A stretch of DNA of 64,000 bases from Piromyces finnis finn (taxonomy: Eukaryota > Fungi > Neocallimastigomycota), in NCBI GenBank assembly GCA_002104945.1, contig MCFH01000001.1:558001-622000 (forward strand), read 5' to 3'. The notes under the pieces were generated by a model. That model saw only the letters and a program-made list of their open reading frames with translations, made no database searches and was not told the DNA's origin. Positions 1 to 17,210 of the stretch are shown piece after piece; the first letter of the stretch is position 1; each line of letters starts with the position of its first letter. Position numbers and translations under genes: made by a program.

Positions 1-2
1 AC

Positions 3-1781
3 CGTAATGTTAAACGAGTTTCATGTATTAATTTAGGACTTTCTAATAGCTCAAGTTCCACTTCATCTACTCTTGGACGTCATCGTCATACACTCTCTAC
101 TCACGTTTTTATTAGTGATTTTGATTCTATCACTAGTATGAGTACAAACTTTAAGGATCACATTAAAAATGTCATGACGGCGGAACCTTTAAATGATTCA
201 TCTACCGAAGATAGTAATTCCAAATCGAATGGTAATACTGGTTCCACTCCGTCTCAACCATTAAAAAGTAGTGTAGATGAAAGTATGATAAATAAGGTAG
301 GTGGTGAAGAAGAAAGTTTTGCTAATTCTTCTGCATCTTCAATTATGAAACCATATATTCCTGGTTTTGATAACAGAAACAAATCCTTATCTTTTAGTTC
401 TTCTCATCTATCTTCTTCCATTTTCAATTTCCTTAATAAGGAGACAATAGAAAATCAACGTTTATACCAGAATTCTAAAAAACCCAATACCTTAATGGAT
501 GATGCTGCCGCCCTCAATCTCAATGCTAATACTTCTTCTAATGCTTTAAATACAAGTTCATTGATTCCAGCTTTTAATGGTATTCATACGGATAAGATAA
601 ATAATTTTAGGAAGAGTGATATTTTCAATATTAATGGTAAAATTCAACGCCATGGTAACAAGTATCATTCTATTGCTACTTCCAATGGCTATCTTACTTA
701 CCTTTCTGAAGGTGAGAATTCCTTTAACAATGATTCACTCCTTTCCAACTTTTCTTCAGATGCATTAGTAAATGAGCCAAGCCAATCAAGTACTCAAGCT
801 GCTGAGGTTAATCCATCAAATGTAGATAATTCTTATTTGTCATTAAATGCATTCCCACCACAATTTGGTACATTAAAGAGTACCATTCTTGGAAATCCAT
901 CTAACAGTATACTTATAAATCATGATCCAAACCAAAGTCATTCTAGTTTAAAGAAGATTACTTATGATGATAGTGGTGATTTGACAAATTCTGCAAGTCA
1001 TAAAGCCATTAAATTTAAGTCTTCTGATACTGAAGATTTGCCATCTGTTACAACAAAAGAGACCCAAAGCGATGGACCTAGACCAATTCGTATTAAGGAA
1101 TTAGCTCGTCAACGTATGAGTATGTTTAATGAAATTAACTCTATTTTGGATCGTCTTTGTATTTCTAATATGGCTTATGAAATGGATCAACGTGCTCTCC
1201 CATCTCTTAAATTTAAGACAGTTAATAATTTTACTCATTCATTAGGCAATAGTAATGTTTCCTCCCTGACAAATCCTTACCAACCATTCTTTTATAATAA
1301 TCTTGATAGTACAAGTGATGTTGCCTCTCTTTATAATGCGATAACTATTAATCAAACACCAGATCATGAATCATCTAATTCTGAATCAGATTCTGGATCT
1401 GAAGTTCACAAGGAAGAACCAATAGATAGTCCAATCCTTAGCCCCTCACCAAAGCTTCCAGTGATCGCTTTGGAAGGAAAAGTTCTTGATACTAATACCA
1501 TTGTTAATAAAGAAAAAAATAAGAAAACAATTAAACACAAAAAGAGTCGTGGTTTAATGGTCATAGGAAAAAGTTTGAAAAAATTCAAGAGTTTTATTAC
1601 TGGTAGTAATAGTAGTAGTAAGAAAAAGAAAGTACCTATGAAAGTAAGAACTTCATCTATATATATGGATCCAGAAGGTCATGGTGTTCAATATTCTATT
1701 GAAAAAGTTGTCATTTGTGAAGAAGAAGAAGCTAATGAAAATACTGAATTCCAGGATACTTTAGCGAAAACTACTGATTAG
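3..1781 (+). CDS. Hypothetical Ser/Asn-rich low-complexity protein, 5'-truncated by the window edge
   Basis: The frame of the 547-aa ORF (138..1781) stays open to position 3 (RNVKRVSCINLG...), so the listed ATG is probably internal. It is stop-free for about 1.8 kb and GC-richer than the flanks. No domain recognised. Confidence 0.75.
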   Translation, partial: RNVKRVSCINLGLSNSSSSTSSTLGRHRHTLSTHVFISDFDSITSMSTNFKDHIKNVMTAEPLNDSSTEDSNSKSNGNTGSTPSQPLKSSVDESMINKVGGEEESFANSSASSIMKPYIPGFDNRNKSLSFSSSHLSSSIFNFLNKETIENQRLYQNSKKPNTLMDDAAALNLNANTSSNALNTSSLIPAFNGIHTDKINNFRKSDIFNINGKIQRHGNKYHSIATSNGYLTYLSEGENSFNNDSLLSNFSSDALVNEPSQSSTQAAEVNPSNVDNSYLSLNAFPPQFGTLKSTILGNPSNSILINHDPNQSHSSLKKITYDDSGDLTNSASHKAIKFKSSDTEDLPSVTTKETQSDGPRPIRIKELARQRMSMFNEINSILDRLCISNMAYEMDQRALPSLKFKTVNNFTHSLGNSNVSSLTNPYQPFFYNNLDSTSDVASLYNAITINQTPDHESSNSESDSGSEVHKEEPIDSPILSPSPKLPVIALEGKVLDTNTIVNKEKNKKTIKHKKSRGLMVIGKSLKKFKSFITGSNSSSKKKKVPMKVRTSSIYMDPEGHGVQYSIEKVVICEEEEANENTEFQDTLAKTTD

Positions 1782-2422
1782 ACAATAATTTAGTAGTAAC
1801 ATTTTCATTTTTTTTTTACTGTTAAATAGAAGTGATGCCATTAATAATAATAATAATAAAAAAAAAAGAATTATGAAACAAATCCTTTTTTTTTTTTTTT
1901 TTTTTTTATAAATGACACATAAATAAACAATATCAAATACAAAAAACAACAACAACAACATCAATAATATTAGTAATACCTAATAAATTCTATGAAATAT
2001 TCAAAAAAAAAAAAAAATAGTTATCATAATTAAAGTGAATAATTATCATAACTTTTTTTAATAATACAAATAATACAATAATAAATCAAAAAAAAAAAAA
2101 AAAAATAGAAATAATTTTGGAAACTATTAAATTAAAATTAAATTATTAAAAAATAATAATAATATCAATATTTAATAATACCCAAAATTCATAATTATTA
2201 ACAAGCAATTATAACAATCAAACAATAACAACAAAAATATATATAAAAAAAAATATGGTAATAAGTTAAAGGTTAAGAAGAAATAATTTATCTTTTAACA
2301 TTTAATTATTATCATCTATATTTTTCCTTAAAAGAATATATATATATATGTATATATTTATAAACTAAAAATATAGAATAAAAATATAGAATTAAAAAAA
2401 CATATAGTTTTATTTTTTTACA

Positions 2423-2465
<43 letters not shown>

Positions 2466-3238
2466 GTAATATATATATATATATAAATAAGAAATAGAGT
2501 ATATATAATTAAAAATAATATAATATACATACATACACGTACATATATAAAACAGGCATGTTCATTTTAACCTACCCTTTTACGATAAAGAATGATTAAA
2601 TAATTAAATGATTTATATATTTAATATAATTTACATAATTATTTAATTCATTAAAAAAATACAAAAATACAAAAAAAAAAAAAAAAAAAAAAAAAAACTT
2701 GGTGATTTAATTATTTCTATTTAAAAAAAATTAAATAGTAAGCTAAATCATGAATTAAAAATTATGAATAAATGATGTGCTTTATATGTTAATATATATG
2801 TAATATATATATATATATATCTATCTAATTATCTATATCAATATGAGTTGATAAAACTTTATATAAAACAAATATAAAGAAAAAGTTTAATCAACCATTT
2901 TAATAATAAAAATAAAAAAAATACAATAAAATTATAATTTTATATATTGAAATCCCTTCCCTCCCTCACTTTTTTTTTTATCTTTTTTTCTTTTTTAAAT
3001 AATTTAATAGAAAATAGGAAAAGTAATTTATAAAGAAAATTATATTTAAAATAAAAGTGAAATATATAATTTTCTGTAAAAATATTTTAAAGTTTTTTTT
3101 TTTTTTTTAAAAAATTTATACTATTTTTTTTAACACTCCCTTGTTTTTTTTCTTTTTTCTTTTTTCATTATAAAATGTTATAATAAATAAATAATAAATA
3201 AAAATAAGTTATCCCTTGGAACAAATCAATCCATCATT

Positions 3239-3241
3239 CAA

Positions 3242-3321
<80 letters not shown>
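3239..3321. repeat. (AAAT)n microsatellite
   Basis: About 20 perfect AAAT units in intergenic DNA. Confidence 0.9.
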
Positions 3322-3698
3322 AAGACACCTTTTTTTTTTTTTATAATTTTGTCCTTTCCTTTAGGAAGATTACTATTTAATTACTACTTTTAATATAAAC
3401 ACAAATTCTAAACTTGACTTTTTTAAACTACTTTTTTTGTATTTATTTAAATATTTTTATTTTTATTTTTTATCTTTATATCTTTGTAAGTTCTAGTTTT
3501 TCTATTTTTTTCTTTATTATTATTATTTTTTTTTAAATTCCGTGTTTTTTCTCTCTTTTTCTTTTATCATTATTGACAAATTGTTATTTATTATTATTAT
3601 TATTATTATTATTTTTTTCTTACTGAAATACATATGGAGATTAAATATTTCCCTTTTTTCAATTGTCTAATGATATCTCTATTGTTTCTTCGGATTAT

Positions 3699-4241
3699 TT
3701 AAAGATCATATTTAGATTTAAGGAATTCTTCTAAATTAGCAAAAGCCTTTTCTAAATCATCATTGACAATAATAATATCGTGGACACCTGGAGTTTCACC
3801 ATATTCTAATTCAGCTTTAGCAGCACCTAAACGTTTTTGTAAACTTTCTTCAGTTTCGGTGTTACGATCTCTTAAACGCTTTTCTAAAATTTCAAGACTT
3901 GGTGGCTTGATGAAAACGAAAATTGGGTTAAGATCGGTCTTTTTAACACTACGGACACCTTGTTGATCAATATCTAAGACACAAATCTTACCAGAACTAC
4001 CAACAGAACGAACAGCCTTTAAAGAAGTACCGTACATATTACCAGAAAATTCGGCATGTTCAATGAAAGCATTTTCGTCAATTAACTTTAAGAATTCTTC
4101 ACGAGTAACAAAGTAGTAACTAACACCATCCTTTTCACCTTCACGTGGTTGACGAGTAGTGTCTATACATTTAATTATCATAGTTATTTTATACATATTT
4201 TGTTAATGGAAAATTTGTTGTTGTCATATATCATGAATGAT

Positions 4242-4282
<41 letters not shown>

Positions 4283-5244
4283 AATAAAAATATATTATTT
4301 AATAGTTTTTCATATCAGTATTGTGATTTTAATAAAAATAGTGAAATGCTTTTTTTTTTTTTTTTTTTTTAAATATATATATTTTTTAATGAATATAAAA
4401 TATTGATAATTTTTATTAAACCATTTTTAATAATCTATTTATCTATCGATTTTCTTTTCTTTTCTTATTGATTATTCATTATTTTTACTGAACAATGTAT
4501 ATAAAACTTTATTATTTAATTGTATAATATTTACGAGAAATAGAAAAACCGAATTTTCCTGGGTATTTTTCGTAAAGCTTTTTGAAGAGGGTAGATTTAC
4601 CAGAACCGGATGGACCAGAAATAACTAATGGTCTAGCTATATGATTAATATTATTAATGTTTTTGTTGTTATTATGGTGTAATGAAATTCAGTTTTAAAT
4701 TATTGTCAAGTAATAATAAAAATAGAAAATTAAAAAAAAAAGGATAAAAATAAAATACAATGTTAATTTATAATCAGTATTAAAGAAATAACATTATGTT
4801 ATATTACTTTTTATTATTTTTATCATATTTACCTGATTGTTCAGTCTATTTTCAAGAAGTTTAGATTATTATTATTATTATATATATACATATAAAAAGT
4901 TTAGAAATTGCAATAAAAATAATAATACAAATAATAGAAAAAAAAAAGGCATTTTATTCTTTTTCCACTTGAAATATTAAATACTTGGTTTATAAAATTA
5001 AATATATTCTAAAAAGTTCAACTATTAGGAAAAATACAATAGTATATATTTATTTAATTATTTTTCCAGCTTATTTAATTTAAATTAAAAACTTTTATAT
5101 TATTATTTCATTATTGATTATTGATTATTATTGATTATTATTGATTATTATTGATTATTATTGATTATTATTGATTATTTTTGTTATTGTTATATATTCT
5201 ACTATGACAGAAAGAAGAGCTTTAATACTAACAATTGGAGCCAT
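3699..5244 (-). CDS. GUK1: Guanylate kinase, 4 exons (5233-5244, 4831-4843, 4535-4636, 3699-4162)
   Basis: Spliced product MAPI|TEQSA|[20 protein letters not shown]...FGFSISH|[18 protein letters not shown]...[14 protein letters not shown]. It has the P-loop and the GMP-binding TTR.PR.GE.DG..Y.F motif. All introns are GT-AG and keep frame. The two tiny 5' exons are less certain than the core. Confidence 0.93.
5111..5178. repeat. 10-bp tandem repeat (TTGATTATTA)n in GUK1 intron 1
   Basis: About six consecutive copies are visible. Confidence 0.85.
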
Positions 5245-7289
5245 ATTATATTAATATTATTACAAGATTAATATTTTGTAAAAGAAAAAAAAATTTTTTT
5301 TGTTGAAATTTTATATATGAGATTGCTATTTTTTTCGTATAATACAAACGTATACATAATATACATAATGTATTATATATTTTTTTAAAGTTGTTTTGGT
5401 ATATTTTGTAGAACCTATTTCATAATGAAAAATATGAAAAAGTTTTATGCTTAAATTGTTTAACATATTTTTAAGTTATTCATTCGAAAAAAAAATAATT
5501 ATATAGGTAATAATAAATTAAAAAAAAAAACTATTTATATTCTCATTCTCAAGTTATATGCATAGGATTTTAAAATAGTTTTTTTTTTATAATCTTTATT
5601 TTCTTTATCTATATTAACTTTTTAACTTGTTTTAAACTTTAATTTTTCTTTCTTACTTTAAAGAACCAAACCATGAATTTCATTAAATTATTGATCCTTA
5701 TATCCATGATACTAATTATTTCTCTTTTTTTTTTTATAGTCAAAATAAAACCTTTTCATTTTTTAATACATTTCCATGAATTGTAGAGTGGTAAAAAAAA
5801 TAAATTGTATATAATATTCACAATTTAAAATGAGATAATAAGTTTTTGTTTTTATAATATTTTAAAATATAATTAACAATCGTTTTTGTTCAACAATTCT
5901 TTTAAAGTTTAAATTTTGCCAAAAATTTTAGGTGTAACCAGTAATCATTTGTGTAACAAAACAAAGCATAAAGCACTTTTAAAAAGATTTTTTTCTTAAA
6001 TTCATTTACTCTTTTTTTTTTTATTCTTTTATTATAATAATTAATTAAAAACTTATTATAATATTTATAATAAATAAAAGTATCACTGATACATTGATAA
6101 AATCATATTTATTTTACTATTAAAACTTATTTAGAAAGAAAAAGAATGTTGTTAAAATGAATTCTTTTTTTTTTTTTTGTTTTTTCAAAAAGTGCTATAT
6201 AGTCATTTTAAATGTTTAATGTATGAAAAAAAAATATTTAAAATGTATAATAATCTTAAATATATTCATAAGCAGTCAAAATCGACGATTTATGGATATA
6301 AATCTGTAATTTTATTGATAGAAATTGTTATGTAATGTTATTTTTAGTATTTTATGATTCTTATTCTAAATGTTATAAAATAAATTAATAATTATAGAAA
6401 ACTTTATTTTCATTAATGAATTTTTTTCCTTTTTATTCAAAAAAAAAAAAAAAAGATATTGATGTTGTATTTCATAATTTAATATTAACTATAAAATCCA
6501 TCTTTTTTTTTTTTACTTCTTTTTGACTTTTTAAATTAGAAATTAATATCATTATTATTAGAATTTTTATCTTTTTTTTTTTTTTCATAAAGTTTAATAA
6601 AAATATTTTTTATAATTTAATTTATTTAAAATTTAAATCAATCTAATTAATTTTTTTTTTTTTTTAATTATAAAACTAAATAGAACAAAAAGTTTTTTTT
6701 TAAATTCATTATATAACAAAAAAAAAAAAAGCACCATTTTCATTAAAGAATTTTATTAAATCATAAATATCATTTCATTAAAGAGGAATAATAACAACAA
6801 TAATAAATATATTATTAAAAAAAAAGTAAATATACATTTCAATTAGTGGTGACATTATGTAAAAGTTTTATCTATTTTTTCTATATTAAAAATAGTAATA
6901 AAGTAGTAAGAGCAAAAACATTGAACAGTTAACTTTAACTATAATAAAAAGAAAGAAAGAAAAAAAAAAAAAAACACATACAATAAACTAAATAAAATTT
7001 ATTTGAATAGTACTTTTAGCGTATGGTTAAAACTTATTGTAATTTCAATTGTATTATTATACCAATTTTAATGTGAAATTTGAATATAACTAATTCATGT
7101 ATTCATTTCAATATTTGAAAATATATTTAAATACTAAATACTTTAAAAAGTAAAAAACAAACAAACAAAAAAAAAATAGCTAAGTAAAAAAATAAAAAAA
7201 AAAACAAAAAACACAAAATATATAAAGTGCTTATATTATAATAAAATTATTTAAGAAATTGTATATTACATGTATATCCTATTAATATA

Positions 7290-9776
7290 ATGGTTTTTTA
7301 TCAATTAAAATTTGAACTTTTTAATTCTAAAAATCAATCATTTCAATTTATACCAAATAATATATTCGAACCTATTTCAAACATTGAAAAATATAATATT
7401 AAAAAAAACAATACAGCCAATAATAAAGAATTATCATTTGAAAATAATAAATTTGATTTTAGACTTGGTCCTATAAATATTGAATGGATAGACATGGAAA
7501 ATAAAGTACTTGAAAATGGTAGTAGTAAAAGTAGTAGTACACCAAATTCTACTAATAATAATAATAATAATAATAATAACAACAGTATCTCAATTAATAA
7601 ACAAAAAGATAAAAGAAATATTTCGTCAGAAAAGAAAACTTCAACCATTAGTAGGGATAAAAATAATAATGACGTTTTTATCGATGCAACTTCAGGTTAT
7701 TCAAAAAATAATTCAAACTTATCCACTAATTCAAAGAATAATTTAATGACAAATAATACTGCTCTTTTTACTATTAATAACAGTAATGCTAGTTATGAAT
7801 TAGAAAGACAACAATATATAAAAATTAATGAAAAAAAAATTAAAAAACATGGCTTTATACCCGTTTCTGGAGGCTTTATACCCTATTCCTCTGTAAATAC
7901 TAAATTTGAAATAGGAATTCTTCATTTATATAGAGGAATTACTAAAAATAATATAAAAGATCAGTCCCCTTCAAATATGGATAATTATTCTATTGAGGAT
8001 ACAAATGAAATTTCTCCAGATATTGCCAATTCTTTAGACCCATCCGATATGGATAACTCAAAAAAACAACCCATGGAAAATTCATATACATCGTGTTCAG
8101 AAAATATCAAAAAATATAAAATTGTTTGCGTATTGGCTGTACCTTCTTATATGAGTACTATCGACTTTTTGAATTTTGTTGGGCCTATTCGAAAATACGT
8201 TTCTCATTTTAGAATTATAAATGATACTCTTCCAAATCGTTTCATGGTATTAATGATGTTTAGAAAGTCAAAATATGCATATGATTTTGTTAATCATTAT
8301 AACGGTATTCAATTTAATTCATTGGAGCCTGAAACTTGTCATGCAGTTTTTATTGAAAAGATCGAATTCCAAGCTATGGATTTACCATCCCATTTAATTC
8401 TTTTTCCAGATAATCCAATTGCTATCGAAGATTTAAAAAAAATAGAAAAGGAGAAATCACAACAAAAGCAACACCAGCAGCATTTTTCAAATAATAAAAA
8501 TGATTCTCAAAAGTCATTGGATACCAATAATACTTTAGATTCGACCTCTTCTTTACAAAAAATATCATCCTCTGACGGTATCTTGACATCATATAATTTA
8601 TCAAACACTAATGCAAACGAAAGTACATTAAAAAATAAAGATATTATTATTAGTAGTTCAGGACAAAATAATATTAAGAAAGCAGAAAAGATTGAATTAC
8701 CAATTTGTCCAGTTTGTTTGGAAAGAATGGATTCTTCTGTGACAGGTTTATTAACTATTTTATGTCAACATACTTTTCATTGTCATTGTCTTAGCAAATG
8801 GAAAGGTAGTACATGTCCTGTTTGTCGTTACAGTCAAAAATCTTTTTTGGGTACAGATCAACAAAATGAATGCTCATCCTGTCAATCTACTGAAAATTTA
8901 TGGATTTGTCTTATTTGTGGAAATATAGGTTGTGGCCGTTATCAGCAGGCTCATGCCTATGAACATTTCTTAAAGACGAACCATTTATATTCTTTAGAAA
9001 TTGAAACTCAGAGAGTTTGGGATTATGCAGGTGATGGTTATGTTCATCGTCTTATTCAGAATAAAATTGATGGAAAATTAGTGGAGTTACCTAGTCCTGC
9101 TCCATTTGATGAAGATAGTCAATCTGGCTTGTTACAGCAACAACAGCAACAACAGCAACAGCAGCAGAATCAACAACAATTAGCTAATAATATGTTGACT
9201 GAGATTAATAATAAAAAAATTAATTATTTAAGTACCGAATATAATGATCTTTTAACTTCACAACTTGAATCTCAAAAATTTTATTTTGAAAATCAAATCG
9301 AAGATATGAAAAAAGTATTTAATGTTCAATTACACAATTTGAGTGACTATTACGAAAATATTAATATGAAAAAGAATAAAGAAATAAGTGAGCTTAATGA
9401 AAAACTTCAATACGAATTTAACCAAAATCAAAATTTAGAAAAAGAAAAAAGTTTTTTACTTAAAGAAAAAAAGACCATGGAGAAAAAGATTGAACGTAGT
9501 GAAAGTTTAAAAAAAGATTATCAAGAGGAAAAGGTATTGACGAAAATGTTATTAGAGAATCAAAACAAACTGAAGATTTTAGTCGATGAAAAAGATAAAG
9601 AAATAAACGATTTAAAAGAACAAGTTCGTGATTTAATGTTTTATCTAGATGCAAAATCAAAGGTAGAAAACTGTGAAAATAAGGAAGAAATACAAAATGG
9701 AACAATAATAATAAGTGAGGAATCTTCTACCTCATCTAAAAAGAAAAAAAAGACAAAAAACAAAAAAAAGAAATAA
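7290..9776 (+). CDS. ETP1: BRAP/IMP/ETP1-type E3 ubiquitin ligase (BRAP2 domain, RING-H2, zf-UBP, coiled coil), single exon
   Basis: BRAP2-like region (CVLAVPSYMSTIDFLNFV...NRFMVLMMF), RING ELPICPVCLERMD...LCQHTFHCHCLSKW...CPVCRY, ZnF-UBP LWICLICGNIGCGRYQQAHAYEHF...VWDYAGDGYVHRL, and a C-terminal coiled coil. Confidence 0.93.
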   Translation: MVFYQLKFELFNSKNQSFQFIPNNIFEPISNIEKYNIKKNNTANNKELSFENNKFDFRLGPINIEWIDMENKVLENGSSKSSSTPNSTNNNNNNNNNNSISINKQKDKRNISSEKKTSTISRDKNNNDVFIDATSGYSKNNSNLSTNSKNNLMTNNTALFTINNSNASYELERQQYIKINEKKIKKHGFIPVSGGFIPYSSVNTKFEIGILHLYRGITKNNIKDQSPSNMDNYSIEDTNEISPDIANSLDPSDMDNSKKQPMENSYTSCSENIKKYKIVCVLAVPSYMSTIDFLNFVGPIRKYVSHFRIINDTLPNRFMVLMMFRKSKYAYDFVNHYNGIQFNSLEPETCHAVFIEKIEFQAMDLPSHLILFPDNPIAIEDLKKIEKEKSQQKQHQQHFSNNKNDSQKSLDTNNTLDSTSSLQKISSSDGILTSYNLSNTNANESTLKNKDIIISSSGQNNIKKAEKIELPICPVCLERMDSSVTGLLTILCQHTFHCHCLSKWKGSTCPVCRYSQKSFLGTDQQNECSSCQSTENLWICLICGNIGCGRYQQAHAYEHFLKTNHLYSLEIETQRVWDYAGDGYVHRLIQNKIDGKLVELPSPAPFDEDSQSGLLQQQQQQQQQQQNQQQLANNMLTEINNKKINYLSTEYNDLLTSQLESQKFYFENQIEDMKKVFNVQLHNLSDYYENINMKKNKEISELNEKLQYEFNQNQNLEKEKSFLLKEKKTMEKKIERSESLKKDYQEEKVLTKMLLENQNKLKILVDEKDKEINDLKEQVRDLMFYLDAKSKVENCENKEEIQNGTIIISEESSTSSKKKKKTKNKKKK

Positions 9777-9838
9777 TATATATATATTTTTATTTAATTG
9801 TTAAACCTTATCGGCATCATTAATAAAAATATTGTACA

Positions 9839-10190
<352 letters not shown>

Positions 10191-10877
10191 TATATATATA
10201 TATAAATATAAATAATAAAATTGTATATAGGTATAGGTATATTTGATATTTCGAAATACTAAATTTATATCTTTATTTTCTTATTTTGACTAATAATGAA
10301 TGTACTTTTTTTTCTTTATATAATTTGTTAACACAATTTATGAATAGTTAAATTTGAATTTTTTTATATACTGTTAAAATTTTTTACATATTAGTATTTT
10401 TTAACTTTTTTTATATATTTATTGTTGTTTTATTCTGTTATATTTATTGTTATATCTGTTATATCTATTGTTTTGATATTCTACCATTTCCCATATGTAT
10501 AAATATTTATATAAAAGGAAAAGTTATTTCGAACTTTACATAAATTATATAAAAAAATTTTAAATTTAATTATTGTAGTTTGAAAATTTATTATGAACTT
10601 TTAAAAGTAAAAAAAAAAAAATTAATTTTTATTTTTATTTTTTTTTACTTTTTAAAAAAATTATTAAAATAATCTAAAAAAAAAAAAAAATAAAAAACTA
10701 AAAATATATAAGCATTATACACTATCCTATAAATATCATGTTATAAATCAATTACAACAATACAATAACAAACAAACAAACAAAATATTAATATTATTTC
10801 CTCCTTCTTTATTAACATAATTAATTTAATATACCGACAATAATATTCCTTTTTTAAATTAAGAAATAAATTTCAAA

Positions 10878-12589
10878 ATGAACAGTTTACAACAACAACA
10901 AAGAGAATTTAAGCAAAGACTTGCAAAACAACCTATTTTTAAAAGAAATATTATTAATCATAATACAACTAATAACAATAACAGTAGTACCTCTAACAAT
11001 AGTAAACTTCATAATAAAATATTTGATGCTAGAAAAATACAAAAAAAGCCAAGTAATATATAACGAATTTTTTTTTTTTTCTAGATTTTTATATATTTGT
11101 TTCTAATAATCTATTAATTTATATATATATGAATATATATATTATATACCTTTTTTTTTTCCTTATAAATATATAAATTTTAAATAACATTGATAATAAT
11201 ATTAAAAAATGATAAATGAAATACATTTCAAAATTTGAATTTCAAAATTGGATTTTTATTAAATAAATAATAGTATTTGAATTACCCGTTGCTGGAACAA
11301 AACAGAGAAATATTGGTCAACAATTATATGAAGTTATTGCATATTTAAAAGTAATGTCAATTATGTCCTTAATATATTTATTATAAAATCAATATTATTA
11401 AGCGAAATTAATAAATAATTTTATTTTTAAATAATGTATTTTTTTTTTATTAGACTGTTGATGAACCACAAACAGCAGAAAATTTAAAAAAATTTGCACA
11501 AGTTGATGTCTATTCCTCAGAAGAATTATATAAAAATCTAACAAATAATAATAAGATTACATTTGATCCAGAAAAAAACACTTTTGCTTATAAAGTACCT
11601 ATAATATATTTTAAAAACAAAACAACAGTAGCAAAAAAAAAATAATAATTAATATTTATATAAATTATTATAAAACAAAATATTAAATCAATTAATAGCC
11701 AGTATATGATATAAAAGGCAAAGATGATTTATTGAAATTAGTTAGAGAACATAAGGCAATGGAAGTCAAAGCATTAAAAGATTCTTATTCAAAATTAATG
11801 GAAACCATAAAAGTAATTCAATTTAAAGAAAGAAATACTTTTTATTAAAAAAAAAATATATTATTTTTATTAAAATGTTTCTAATCATTATTATATTATT
11901 ATTGTATTTATTATATGACTGAATTTTTTATTAATAAAAAATTAAAGGAATTAGAAGAAGAAGGAAATATCTTAGTAATATATAATAAGACCAAGGGTAT
12001 TCCAATGGTAATTTATCCAAACAATAAGGCATATAATGTTGAAACAGATGATGGTACAATTCTAATTATATTAATTTATTAATAATACATAAATTCATAT
12101 ATAATAAAAATTAATTAAAAAAAATATATATATTTTTCTTGTTTTCTAATATCTAATATATGAATAAATTATAGTATTCAAAGACTTATGGCATTCACTG
12201 AAGGTACCGGCAGGAGAAGATTTATCAAAGGAATTAGAAAAGGGTATAAAAAATAATTATAATTACATTGAATAATAATAAAACATATTTTTAAATATAT
12301 ATATATATATATATTTGTACAGCTGGTTTGAAATCTATGGAAGTATATCAATCTAAAATTAATCCAAAGGTAAATAAATAAGCAACAATAATAACAAAAA
12401 AAAAAAAAAAAAGTGGAATGGAAAATTTAAATAATTAATTATAATTAATTATATACATATTTATTTTATTTAATATTTTAGAATAAGGTTAAGAAGAAGG
12501 CTAAACAACGTAACAGAAAAGTCAAGATTACAAATACTCACTTGGAGGGTATCGATCTTACAAAAGATTATGTTGCAGAAAAGAAATGA
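10878..12589 (+). CDS. TFA2: Transcription initiation factor IIE beta subunit, about 8 exons
   Basis: Spliced exons give ...GQQLYEVIAYLK|TVDEPQT...NNKITFDPEKNTFAYK|PVYDIKGKDDLLKLV...|ELEEEGNILVI...|FKDLWHSLKVP..EDLSKELEK|AGLKSM...|RKVKITNTHLEGIDL. These are the winged-helix and C-terminal KITNTH motifs typical of Tfa2/GTF2E2. Confidence 0.88.
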
Positions 12590-13258
12590 TGATATTTATT
12601 TATTTATTTATTCGTTAAACAAAATCTTTTTTTATGATTATTGTAAAGAAAAGTATTTAAATAGAGAGAAATTAAATTATTTATAATATTTATTATTTAT
12701 TAATTTTTATGTATATACAAAAAAAAAAAAAGATAAAGAATGACTTTTTTTTTTTTTTTTTTCAAATAAATGAACATTATAAAATAATTGGCAATTAATA
12801 TTAAATTGTTGTATTATTTAATAAGTCTTTTATTTTAAAACATAATACATAGGATAAATTTATTTTTAAAATGGTTTTAATTTATATTTTTTATTTTATT
12901 ATTATTATTATATATTTTGTCTAAATAATTATTGTTGAATAATAATAATAATTTATTTTTTTAAATATATTTGGATTATTTTTATTACAATAATGATAAC
13001 AATCATTATAAAATTTTATATTATATTTTCTTATTTTTTATAAAAATTAAAAAGTATAAATACTATAAATACAGCAGAAAATAATTTTATATTTAATTCA
13101 CAATTTAAAAAAATAGCAATTAGAGAGTCAACTAATCATGCTCTTTGTATTATTTTAAGATAATATTATAATAGTATATAGTATATATAAATATTTATAA
13201 CAATAAATTAAAGAATTTTATATTTTATGTACTTTGTAAAAAGGTTTATATATTTTGA

Positions 13259-17210
<3,952 letters not shown>

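Noticed and set aside
1406-2530. Short ORFs rich in I/L/F/K (1406-1588, 1761-1964, 2312-2530) and similar ones throughout the window
   Set aside because: They are translations of poly-A/T and (AAT)n tracts, or antisense shadows of real genes. They show no coding composition.
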